This document shows positions 24,496 through 34,911 of a stretch of DNA of 64,000 nucleotides, one piece after another. Each line of letters opens with the position of its first letter. The first letter of the stretch is position 1. The notes under the pieces were generated by a model, which saw only the letters and a program-made list of their open reading frames with translations, had not been told where the DNA came from and did not search any database. The stretch comes from Anthoceros angustus (Eukaryota > Plantae > Anthocerotophyta), in NCBI GenBank assembly GCA_010909165.1, contig VJWM01000173.1:372001-436000 (forward strand), given 5' to 3'. The translations under genes were made by a program, and so were the position numbers.

Positions 24496-26090
24496 ATGGC
24501 AGGCCAGCAACCCTCGCTCACGGCGAAGCTCCAGGTGGCTCTGGCGCAGGCCCAGAGAGGTGCGCGGACGCAGATCTCCTCCTCCCCATCTCCCTCCCCG
24601 ACTCCGACCCCGAGCCCGACCTCCTCGGATCGGGGCTGGCGCACTGCTGTCTCCCCGAGCCCGACCTTGGCCTACCTCTCGGACCTCCTCGCCGATGAAG
24701 AACTCGTCAGAAATGTCATGGTGACAGACCTTCTTGCCTACCAGGTGATCCACAACGAGCTGGCGGACATGATCGGCGGCGTGGCCTCCCGGCTGGACCT
24801 GGCTCCCACGGCGATGGCCGCAGCTCCGGTTCAGAGGTCGGAGGTGGAGGAATGGATCTCGTCCTTGTTGAGCCCGCCGCGGGGGATGGAGGAATCTGCA
24901 GCTGCTGCGGAGGCGGCTGCATCTCCAGGGCCGGGGCCGGGGCCGGGGCTGGCGTCGGCGGAGGAGGTGAGGGAGATTCTGCTGGAGTGCGGGGAGGCGG
25001 TGGCTGCGGACGAGCTCGAGGCGGCCACGGCTCTGGTAGGGAGGATCCGGGAGCAGGCGACGCCGCACGGGACGCATCTGCAGCGCCTGGCCCACTACTT
25101 CGCGGAGGCGCTCATGGCGAAGCTGGCCGGGACCGGAGCCGATCTCTTCACGGCCATCAAGCGGGACAAGCCCTCCGTGCTGGACACGACGCGAGCCTTC
25201 AAATTTTACTGGTCCACCGACCCGACGCTGGCGATGGCGCACCATTTCTGCAACGACGTGTTGATGGAGGCCTTCCACGGCGCGAACCGGGTGCATGTTG
25301 TGGACTACGGGATCCAGAACGGGCACCAGTGGCCGGGCCTGATGCAGCTCCTGGCGGATCGGCCCGGTGGACCTCCGCATCTGCGGATCACTGGGATCGA
25401 GTTCCCGCAGCCCGGGCTCAACTCGGACGGGATGGTGAAGGGGGCCGGAAGGCGGTTGGCGAGGCTCGCGGCCAAGCTCGGGCTGCCGTTCGAGTTCAAG
25501 GCGTTTTCTTGCAAGTGGGAGGACGTGCAGATCGCGGACCTCGGGTTGCGGGAGGAGGAGGTGCTGGCTGTTTCTTGCGTGTTCCGGCTGCGGCATTTGC
25601 TGGACGACAGCGTGGTGTTGGCGAATCAGGAGGACGGTGTTGGAGAGGATTTGTGACATGAGTCCTAGGGTTTTCATCACCGCCGTGGTGAGCCTGGCTG
25701 CCAACGCTCCGTTTTTGATGACCAGGTTGTACGAGACCATCCCGTATCTGGAGTGCTACTTCTCGGCTTTCGACTGCACTACTGCGCGGGACAGCGCCGA
25801 CAGGCTCATCATCGAGAGGGAGCTGCTGGGAAGGGAGATCCTCAACCTCATCGCCTGCGAGGGGATGGATAGAAGAGAACGGCCTGAGGCTTACCATCAG
25901 TGGCACTGGAGGCTGGTGAACGCCGGGTTCGAGCAGCTGCCTGTCAGGGCCAGCAGATTCTTGAGGACGAAGGATGTTCTGAGGGACTACCACAAGGACT
26001 GGACTATCGGGCAGGACCAGGGTGGATCCTGTCGGGCTGGAGGGCAGGATACAGCACGGCTACGCAGCATGGACGCCTGTTCGACAGTAA
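24496..26090 (+). CDS. GRAS transcription factor, LISCL/SCL14-like, copy 1 (frameshifts near 25627 and 26020-26045)
   Basis: LHRI (QRLAHYFAEAL), VHVVDYGIQNGHQWP, LRITGIEFPQPG, NAPFL.TRL.E, ACEG..R.ERPE.Y.QW, YHKD. Intronless. Confidence 0.9.
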
Positions 26091-26624
26091 ACAAGTGACA
26101 TTAGAAGGGTTTTCCTTTTGAAGCAACTCTCTTGCTGGTGCTGGTGCTGGTGCTGGTGCCGGTGCTGCCACGGAGGAAAGAAGCCAACGATCACTCTTGA
26201 AGAGCGATCTCTCTCGAATCGCGGGGCTGTGCTACTCACTCCAGGTGCTAACCTTCACCACTCTCTCACCTTTGGTTACTCTCCCTTCCTCATCTTCTCA
26301 TCGTCAGGAACAGCGATGCTACAGTAGTACAGAGGCCCTGCCACTGCATGTACTGCACTGTACGGTGGAGCCCATGGCGCATGGGCCTTCAGACAGCCCG
26401 ATCCCTCTGGAACTCGCTTATCCGTCACCGACGACTCTATTTCGACCTCCCTTCCGTCACTACTTCACCTGCTCAGTGCACCTCCGGCTCGCAAGCGAGC
26501 GTACACCACATACGGAGTCTGCCCGGTGGACCCCGGGTTTGGCCTTCACATCTGCCGCACCCACGAGAGGGACAGCCGACGTTCCTAGCAGCCTCCTCAG
26601 CTGAGCCCCTCCCCTGAGTAGTTC

Positions 26625-28206
26625 ATGGCAGGCCAGCAACCCTCGCTCACGGCGAAGCTCCAGGTGGCTCTGGCGCAGGCCCAGAGAGGTGCGCGGACGC
26701 AGATCTCCTCCTCCCCATCTCCTCCCCTGACCTGACCCCGAGCCCGACCTCCTCGGATCGGGGCTGGCGCACTGCTGTCTCCCTGAGCCCGACCTTGGCC
26801 TACCTCTCGGACCTCCTCGCCGATGAAGAACTCGTCAGAAATGTCATGGTGACAGACCTTCTTGCCTACCAGGTGATCCACAACGAGCTGGCGGACATGA
26901 TCGGCGGCGTGGCCTCCCGGCTGGACCTGGCTCCCACGGCGATGGCCGCAGCTCCGGTTCAGAGGTCGGAGGTGGAGGAATGGATCTCGTCCTTGTTGAG
27001 CCCGCGGGGATGGAGGAATCTGCAGCTGCTGCGGAGGCGGCTGCATCTCCAGGGCCGGGGCCGGGGCCGGGGCTGGCGTCGGCGGAGGAGGTGAGGAGAT
27101 TCTGCTGGAGTGCGGAGGCGGTGGCTGCGGACGAGCTCGAGGCGGCCACGGCTCTGGTAGGGAGGATCCGGGAGCAGGCGACGCCGCACGGACGCATCTG
27201 CAGCGCCTGGCCCACTACTTCGCGGAGGCGCTCATGGCGAAGCTGGCGGGACCGGAGCCGATCTCTTCACGGCCATCAAGCGGGACAAGCCCTCCGTGCT
27301 GGACACGACGCGAGCCTTCAAATTTTACTGGTCCACCGACCCGACGCTGGCGATGGCGCACCATTTCTGCAACGACGTGTTGATGGAGGCCTTCCACGGC
27401 GCGAACTGCATGTTGTGGACTACGGGATCCAGAACGGGCACCAGTGGCCGGGCCTGATGCAGCTCCTGGCGGATCGGCCCGGTGGACCTCCGCATCTGCG
27501 GATCACTGGGATCGAGTTCCCGCAGCCCGGGCTCAACTCGGACGGGATGGTGAAGGGGGCCGGAAGGCGGTTGGCGAGGCTCGCGGCCAAGCTCGGGCTG
27601 CCGTTCGAGTTCAAGGCGTTTTCTTGCAAGTGGGAGGACGTGCAGATCGCGGACCTCGGGTTGCGGGAGGAGGAGGTGCTGGCTGTTTCTTGCGTGTTCC
27701 GGCTGCGGCATTTGCTGGACGACAGCGTGGTGTTGGCGAATCCCAGGAGGACGGTGTTGGAGAGGATTTGTGACATGAGTCCTAGGGTTTTCATCACCGC
27801 CGTGGTGAGCCTGGCTGCCAACGCTCCGTTTTTGATGACCAGGTTGTACGAGACCATCCCGTATCTGGAGTGCTACTCGGCTTTCGACTGCACTACTGCG
27901 CGGGACAGCGCCGACAGGCTCATCATCGAGAGGGAGCTGCTGGGAAGGGAGATCCTCAACCTCATCGCCTGCGAGGGGATGGATAGAAGAGAACGGCCTG
28001 AGGCTTACCATCAGTGGCACTGGAGGCTGGTGAACGCCGGGTTCGAGCAGCTGCCTGTCAGGGCCAGCAGATTCTTGAGGACGAAGGATGTTCTGAGGGA
28101 CTACCACAAGGACTGGACTATCGGGCAGGACCAGGGGTGGATCCTGTCGGGCTGGAGGGGCAGGATACAGCACGGCTACGCAGCATGGACGCCTGTTCGA
28201 CAGTAA
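26625..28206 (+). CDS. GRAS LISCL/SCL14-like, copy 2 (frameshifts in 5' half, near-intact 3' half ending GWRGRIQHGYAAWTPVRQ*)
   Basis: Near-identical tandem copy; unit about 2140 bp, 24161-26300 and 26301-28428. Confidence 0.85.
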
Positions 28207-28714
28207 ATGTAAGTGACATTAGAAGGGTTTTTCCTTTTGAAGCAACTCTCTTGCTGGTGCTGGTGCTGGTGCTGGTGCCGGTGCTGCCACGGAGGGGAAA
28301 GAAGCCAACGATCACTCTTGAAGAGCGATCTCTCTCGAATCGCGGGGCTGTGCTACTCACTCCAGGTGCTAACCTTCACCACTCTCTCACCTTTGGTTAC
28401 TCTCCCCTTCCTCATCTTCACACTCGTCGAGACTGTAGTGCCTGACAACAGTGCTCGTCTGTGCCAACAGGTCGCGGAGTCCTCGAGATATGCCTAGGCC
28501 GGGTGGACTGAAGAATCCAACCCCGTGAACTCCAAGGCTACTTACTTACATTTCCTCCTCAGAAAACATTTGATGTGCAAACCTACTGACCTTTTCTCCT
28601 TACTCGTGGCGTCCAAGCAACTTGCTCTGTTTTGCACAACTCTTGCTCGCTTGCGTAACTCGAAAGAATCAAGCATATGAAGCAACACCCCATGTGCCCT
28701 TGTCCAGGCAAGCA

Positions 28715-28850
28715 ACGCGCGTCCCAGGGAGACCACGTGGGGGAGAAGCCTAAGACGTCACCCCCTAGTCTGGCCGGCTTCAGCTTGTCGGGCGAGCCCT
28801 TCAAGTATCTCATGCGCGCCAAAGTCGCTGACGTCGGTCGGTAACGCGTC
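28715..28850. promoter_or_regulatory. Candidate cis-element cluster upstream of CYP74: CGCG boxes, palindromic G-box, two TGACGTC
   Basis: ACGCGCGT 28715-28722; CCACGTGG 28733-28740; TGACGTC on minus 28754-28760 and plus 28829-28835; ACGCGT 28844-28849. Confidence 0.4.
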
Positions 28851-29751
28851 TCAAGACATCCGCCCTTTGTGCACAGTTGATGCATTATTGAGGCGTATCT
28901 CTACATACATAATCCATACTGCCGATGTATTATCCAGTGTGCAACAGTAAACAACCTCCTCACAAGAGTGAAGAACCTCCTCCTTGGGTGTAGTGTCCAC
29001 TGACCAGCTGAAGATTCTTCAGCAGTGAAGATCCTTCTCCTTGGCGGTCCCACCTCATGGCCTCGTCCTGTGCGTAGACGAAATAAGCAATGGCCGTTAG
29101 CGTCGTGTTCGAAAATCTTTCTTTAACCCTGCTGCTTCCATTTGGAACGAATTCAAGAAGGAAATTGGAGAATTGGAAATTGGTCCCACTCCCAGTTGGT
29201 TGTTGGTGCCTGAATTTCCTCTCATCCGCTCGGAGCCAGTGAGCTCCCGAGGGCGGGCGGCCCTCCATCACCTTTCGGATTACACTGCACCTGGACGTGC
29301 GACAAGGGTCTCTTATGAGGAGACCTGGTCTCTCTCGTACGGACACACAATACATCCCAGTAACCTGCCTTGTCACCCAGCACGGCTGTATTGCGTGGAG
29401 GAAAGCTCCATCTTTCAGCAGGGTCCTCGCACCTTCCAGGTCTGCGCTGCACACAGTGCACATGCAGAAATGTCTAAAGTACGGGAAGGAGGAAAGGAAA
29501 GTGAGGAGCAACCGAGCTCAGGGTCTTACTAGTCGAGACTCCAGCCAAGGCTTGAGATATGCCTCAATAATGCAGACCCTGGGATTGCTCACGTGTTGGG
29601 GGCACGGGCTTTCGTCGCGTTTCCCTGGCGACAATGGTTTCGTGCTCCCTTCTCTGCTGACCAGACTCTTCCTTTGGCTACGCGTCAGGGCTTGCCCTCC
29701 CTTCGCTTTGACTAGGCTCTTGGGAGAAGAAGAACAAAAGGCATCAGCACA

Positions 29752-31365
29752 ATGTCCCTCGCACAGGCCGCCTGCTCCTTGACGGTGGCGAGAGCAAAGG
29801 TGAGTTGCTGCGCCACAGTGCAGCACAACAGCTTCAAGGGGCAACCACTACCCAGCTTCAGACCGGCGCCAGCGATGGCAGGCTTGACCCAGAGGAAGAG
29901 ATCTGTGACGGAGGCGGTCACCACCTCGGAAGACAACACCAGCTTGCAGGGAGGAGCTGCTTCCAGCCTGCCGTTGAAGGAGATCCCCGGGAGCTATGGC
30001 CTGCCTTTCTTCGGGAAGCTCTCGGACAGGCTGGACTACTTCTGGTTCCAGGGGACGGCTAAGTTCTTCCAGAGCCGCATCGACAAGTACGGGACGGTGT
30101 TCCGGACCAACATCCCTCCGGGCTTTACCGACTCCAGAGTCATCATGCTGTGTGACCAGAAATCCTTCCCGGTCCTCTACGACATGGACAAGGTGGACAA
30201 GACGGATCTCTTCGTCGGCACCTTCGTCCCCAGCTTGAACCTCACAGGCGGGTACCGAGTGCTTCCCTACCTGGATCCCTCCGAGGAGCGCCACACCAAG
30301 CTCAAGGGCTTCTGCTTCGACATCCTCAAAGAGAACGGCACCAGATTCTTCCCGGAGTTCCACAAGGCCATCGGGGAGGCGTACCCTGTCTGGGAGGCGG
30401 GGCTGGCCAAGGACGGCAAGGTGGACTTCAAACCGGAGTGCTCCCAGTTCACCTTCGACTTCCTCATGCGCTCCATAGCCAGGCACGATCCGGTCGGGCC
30501 CGGGGAGAACACTCTGGGGGCATCTGGCGCCTCGAACCTCACCATCTGGATCGCGCTCCATCTCATCCCCCTTGCGGCAACAGGCCTCCCGCACATCATC
30601 GACGAGCTCTTCCTCCACAGCTTCCCCCTGCCGTCCTTCCCTGCCAAGCCCGGCTACAGCAATATCCTCAAGTTCCTCGACACCTACGCCACCGACATGC
30701 TCGATCTGGCGGTAAGCAAGCACGGGCTGGAGCGGGAGGACGCGCTCCACAACCTCCTCTTCTTCACCTGCTTCAACACCCACGGCGGCTTCAACTTCAT
30801 CTTCCCCGACTTCATCCAGTACGTCGGTAACGAGGGATTGGAGCTCCAGACGGAGATTGCAAACGAAGTTCGGGCCGCGGTGCAGGCCAACGGCGGCCTC
30901 AACCCCAAGGCCCTAGCCGACATGCCGCTGGTGGCGTCTGTGGTCTACGAGGTTCTGCGCTTTTCGCCTCCCGTGCCCTACCAGTACGGGCGGGTGAAGA
31001 AGGACTTCGTGTTCGAGAACCACGAGGCCTCCTTCCAGGTGAAGAAGGGGGAGATCCTGGGAGGAGCTCAGCCTAATGCCACCAGGGATCCCAAGGTCTT
31101 CGACGACCCTAACACGTTCAAGCCCAAGAGATTCCTTGGTGAGGAAGGGCAGAAGCTGCTGCAGTACGTGCTCTGGTCCAACGGGCCCGAGACTTCCTCG
31201 CCTTCCATTAGCAACAAGCAGTGTGCAGGGAAGAGCTTCGTCATTACCATCACCCAGCTCTTCGTGGCTGAGTTTTTCCAGAGATACGACAGCTACGAGA
31301 TTCAACAGCCATCATCTTCCGCGCCAGTTTTCACCAGGCTCAATGTTGCTGCTTCTTCCAACTGA
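29752..31365 (+). CDS. AOS: CYP74 cytochrome P450, allene oxide synthase type, plastid-targeted, intronless
   Basis: LKEIPGSYGLP, DRLDYFWFQG, TDLFVGTFVPS (AOS-type Phe), GGYRVLPYLDPSE, I-helix HNLLFFTCFNTHGG, WSNGPET, heme motif NKQCAGK. Confidence 0.92.
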   Translation: MSLAQAACSLTVARAKVSCCATVQHNSFKGQPLPSFRPAPAMAGLTQRKRSVTEAVTTSEDNTSLQGGAASSLPLKEIPGSYGLPFFGKLSDRLDYFWFQGTAKFFQSRIDKYGTVFRTNIPPGFTDSRVIMLCDQKSFPVLYDMDKVDKTDLFVGTFVPSLNLTGGYRVLPYLDPSEERHTKLKGFCFDILKENGTRFFPEFHKAIGEAYPVWEAGLAKDGKVDFKPECSQFTFDFLMRSIARHDPVGPGENTLGASGASNLTIWIALHLIPLAATGLPHIIDELFLHSFPLPSFPAKPGYSNILKFLDTYATDMLDLAVSKHGLEREDALHNLLFFTCFNTHGGFNFIFPDFIQYVGNEGLELQTEIANEVRAAVQANGGLNPKALADMPLVASVVYEVLRFSPPVPYQYGRVKKDFVFENHEASFQVKKGEILGGAQPNATRDPKVFDDPNTFKPKRFLGEEGQKLLQYVLWSNGPETSSPSISNKQCAGKSFVITITQLFVAEFFQRYDSYEIQQPSSSAPVFTRLNVAASSN

Positions 31366-32290
31366 GACTCCCTTTCAGCACTGCTGACCAGTGCCATGTA
31401 CATAAAGCACACACCAGCAGTCGTTGGCCACTCTATCCTTCCTTACCTCACCACCTTGTATCGTGTGCCCATTTTGAACGAGTAGCTGGTCTTCCGCCGA
31501 AGGAGAGAAAAATGTCCGAACTTGGATAGAAAGTTCATCCACCGTAGCGTAAGTCAGGAACAATGAATGGATCATCAATGAGGACATCCCACGGATGTTT
31601 TGCAAGCAACCCATAGTCTTGGTTGGAAATGCGATCGGGTATGGAGTATGTCAAACTCTCATGCGCTACGCATGGACCTATTCCATATGCAAGACATCAA
31701 CAACTTCTGCTTCTGGATAGTGCTGGGCTCGTGGGCTAGCCGGCGGCCCTGCTTGCCCCCACGGCCCCTCATAGGCTCTCCGCGTACAGCCCATACTCAG
31801 CGTCGTCACCTGCCACACTCCACCAGTCACGTCACTAGTCACCATGTCACCGCACTCCTCCACGGCTCCACGCTCCCCCAACACACTCCCAGGCAAGACT
31901 GAAAAGACCATGGACCCAAGCACTCTCATCCTCGACTATCCAGTGTTCCAACTGAAGGCTGAAACTATAGCACCATCAGGCTCTTGCTGGCTTTGGGGCT
32001 CTTTGATACATAAGGTACCGGCTTTTGGCCTCTTTGATACATGAGGTTCATGACGTACCGGGATGCTGAGCATCCGTGTCCGTGCAGCTGACAGCTACGA
32101 AGTGGCTCTGGCCTCATAGCTAGAAAGTTTTGCTGGACACGGCTTTTGCAAGGACTCCCACAAATGATACTCATCCCCTGTCAATATAGATGCGGAGTCC
32201 CGTTTGCAGTCAGCGGTTACACGGAAACTTCTGGAAGTCTTGGACGAGATGGGTAATGACATCCCTGCTTTGTCGTAGATGCAAAGTTCC

Positions 32291-32760
32291 TTAAATCTGA
32301 GAGGACAAACTGGTGGTTCGAGGATCCTCCTCTTCAATATGGTCACCATGAGGATCCTCAAACCCACAGGCTGTGAACACCTGTGGACACCCACTTTTTT
32401 TTTCCACGACCCTCCTGCCAGTCCCTGCGACGGTCATTGCAAACACAGCATCATAACCACCTGCACCGGGGACTCCTGCAAGAAGCACACCTTCGAGTGC
32501 CATAGCAGTGATGTTTGTGATGGAGCCTGCGCACTTCCAGGACCGCATTTCTTGAGTCCAAAAGAGATGTCAGGAGGCTCTCCTACAAGCTGCACCACAG
32601 TCGAGTGAGAATGATGTTCCTCAATGTCCCCCACAGCAAGAGTTTCACCAAAGGGACCTGCGATTTTCTGCTGCCAGGACAACTGCAACCAGCACCTACC
32701 AGGCTCAGGAATGGAGGCAGCCCATATGTCACCTTCTCGCCATCCCATTGAGTACATAAC
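32291..32760 (-). pseudogene. Phosphomevalonate kinase C-terminal remnant
   Basis: QWDGEKVTYGLPPFLSL and LEGVLLAGVPGAGGYDAVFAM...EDPHG....DPR match plant PMK motifs; the frames are broken. Confidence 0.75.
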
Positions 32761-33234
32761 ACCGATCTCATCAGGTCCTGTGGTGATGGTCTATGGGAGA
32801 GACGTTGCCAGCGGACCCAATGCCCGGTCTGTGTCTCTTGGTCCTGCCAATTGTCCCTTGTGCAGCACAATGTGCTGCTCGAGTGACAGCATATGTACCA
32901 GATCTAGAATTCGGCCAATCTCGTCAGTCTGCTACAGTGTCACCGTCACACCTCTTCGCCGGGCACCGTGCTCTCCCGTTGTCTACTTGGCCATATACCT
33001 GCACCCTCACCACTGGTCACCCGGTTGCTACCTACTGAGGCACATTCTTACAGATCTAGAATTGCAAATTGAAACTCTTCCGCTTCTGTGGATTATTGTC
33101 CCTTCTGCAATGCCTGTCCACTCGTTTGCTCCAACGGCTCATGCTTGCTCTGAATATTGCTACTCCCTAATTACGAGCCGTGAACTTGCTCTGCTGCTCG
33201 TAATTTGATACACTAGCAATCGGTTCTTTAACAT

Positions 33235-33720
33235 AACATTTAATGCTGCCTCCACACAGAACAAGCACCATGTGGCCAAGCCCCTGCTGTGCATACCCAG
33301 CAATCAGAGCATTCCATGTCACCATTTTTTTGTAGCCAAGCTGTCACAGGCCCCGTGTGATCTTCCACTTCACCACATTTTTCATACATGTCCACTAGGC
33401 AGTTGTCAGTAATACATTATCTACCTCACCATCTCTGAGTGCAGCTGCCTGCCCTTCTGTACAGCACCAACGCTTGCCCAGGCCATCAGAAGGCAAGCAA
33501 AACTACTATGGTCAGCCACAATCAGCCTCTCTTGCTCCATTTTCTGTACAGAACATGTGCTTCCTGACAGAGCAGTCAGGGCCGTCCATGTCACCTAGTC
33601 TTTTTTCGCCAAGCTGTCAAAGGCCTGGCGCACAGCTTTCAGTTCGCCACATTTTGCAAACATGTCCACCAAGCAGCTGCCAACAACACCACGGTCTTGC
33701 AACCTGGGGGTTTACATAAT
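33235..33720 (-). pseudogene. Decayed PLS-PPR fragment
   Basis: GRQLHS, DNCLVDMYEKCG, MVTWNALIAGYAQQGLGH, LVDMFAKCG with frameshifts. Confidence 0.75.
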
Positions 33721-33990
33721 TGCCAAGCAGCACAGCAGGAGCCTCTGTCATAGCTGCTCTCTTGCTGATTTGTATCATCATGTCACCACCGCCGTCTTGC
33801 AACCTAATAATTGCCAAGCAGCACAGCAGGGGCCTCTGCCAGAGCTGCTCTCTTGCTGATCTGTATCATCATGTTACCACCGCTGACACAAAACACTCTC
33901 ATGTCACCTCACACATGCAACCTGGGGATTCACATAGCTGCCAAGCAGCACAGCAGGAGCCTCTGCCACAGCTGCTCTCCTGCTGATCCC
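33690..33990 (+). repeat. Three imperfect ~90-125-bp tandem units
   Basis: tgccaagcagcacagcagg.gcctctg...gctgctctc.tgctgat recurs at about 33721, 33812 and 33939. Confidence 0.8.
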
Positions 33991-34513
33991 GGTGATAAAA
34001 ATTACTCTCTCAAGTCACCTCACACAAGCACTGGCAGCTGCAATTGGGGCAGCTTCCAGCCCACCCTCGATAAATGTTTGCAATTGAAACTGAGACCTGA
34101 AAGAGATAAAGAGACCTGTTGAGATCGTGACAAGTGATCATATTACCTCAACCCTTTGCCTCATACTCCTCTTGGCAATTAAATTTGTGGGACACTACCC
34201 CTCATATTCCTCTTAGTTCTTGCAAAACATTACTGCAAGGATGCCTGCTATCCGTTGGGGACACTAGGGTCCCTAACGCCCGCACAAACCTCTAATGTAG
34301 GGGAGCCTGAAGACAGACTTGAGGAACCAGACCTCAAGGAGAATTCTGCAAGCACCAGGTAAAGCACAACCCTGTCAATGCCTCATTTCAAACCGAACAC
34401 CAGCCTTGTCCACCAACTCAGCTCTAACCAGCCATGGAACCCACCGGATTAAACATGACATAGCGGATAAATATTACGGAGTAGAAAGATATTACGGAGT
34501 AGAAAGATGTAAT

Positions 34514-34790
34514 GAAGAAGAAGAAGAAGAATTTTATTTAAGTCCATTTGGACGGATTTCTGTCATGGGACTTGTACTTTAACAACTTATACCATGGTGT
34601 GCTTAGCTAAGCTACTTGCACCAAGGGCATTCACTCTCTTCAGGCACCCCATTTATGTACCGATCTAAGTGCAGATGCTTAATCACACACCCCATTTAAG
34701 TACATATCTAAGCTCAGGTTGCTTAATCAAGACGTTCGTCAAAATGTGTGTCCAAATAGTCTAAGCCGTTTGGACACATAATTCCCACAT
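34514..34790 (-). mobile_element. Short interspersed element or LINE 3' end with (TTC)n tail, copy 1
   Basis: Homologous to 36929-37130; on the minus strand it ends ...ggacttaaataaaa(ttc)n. Confidence 0.55.
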
Positions 34791-34806
34791 GCCGGGGTTG
34801 TGAATT

Positions 34807-34911
34807 GACTTGACTTGACTTGACTTGACTTGACTTGACTTGACTTGACTTGACTTGACTTGACTTGACTTGACTTGACTTGACTTGACTTGACTTGACT
34901 TGACTTGACTT
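34807..34911 (+). repeat. (GACTT)n pentanucleotide microsatellite, about 21 units, followed by ~50-bp imperfect tandem repeats to about 35090
   Basis: Direct reading. Confidence 0.97.

Noticed and set aside
24466-25740. Long antisense and alternative-frame ORFs over GRAS (and similarly over AOS, ESS2, TIC21 and the PPR at 42335-43336)
   Set aside because: GC3-rich coding sequence suppresses stops on the other strand; no independent evidence of coding.
28960-29511. 183-aa minus-strand ORF upstream of AOS
   Set aside because: No recognisable motif; probably promoter or intergenic sequence.
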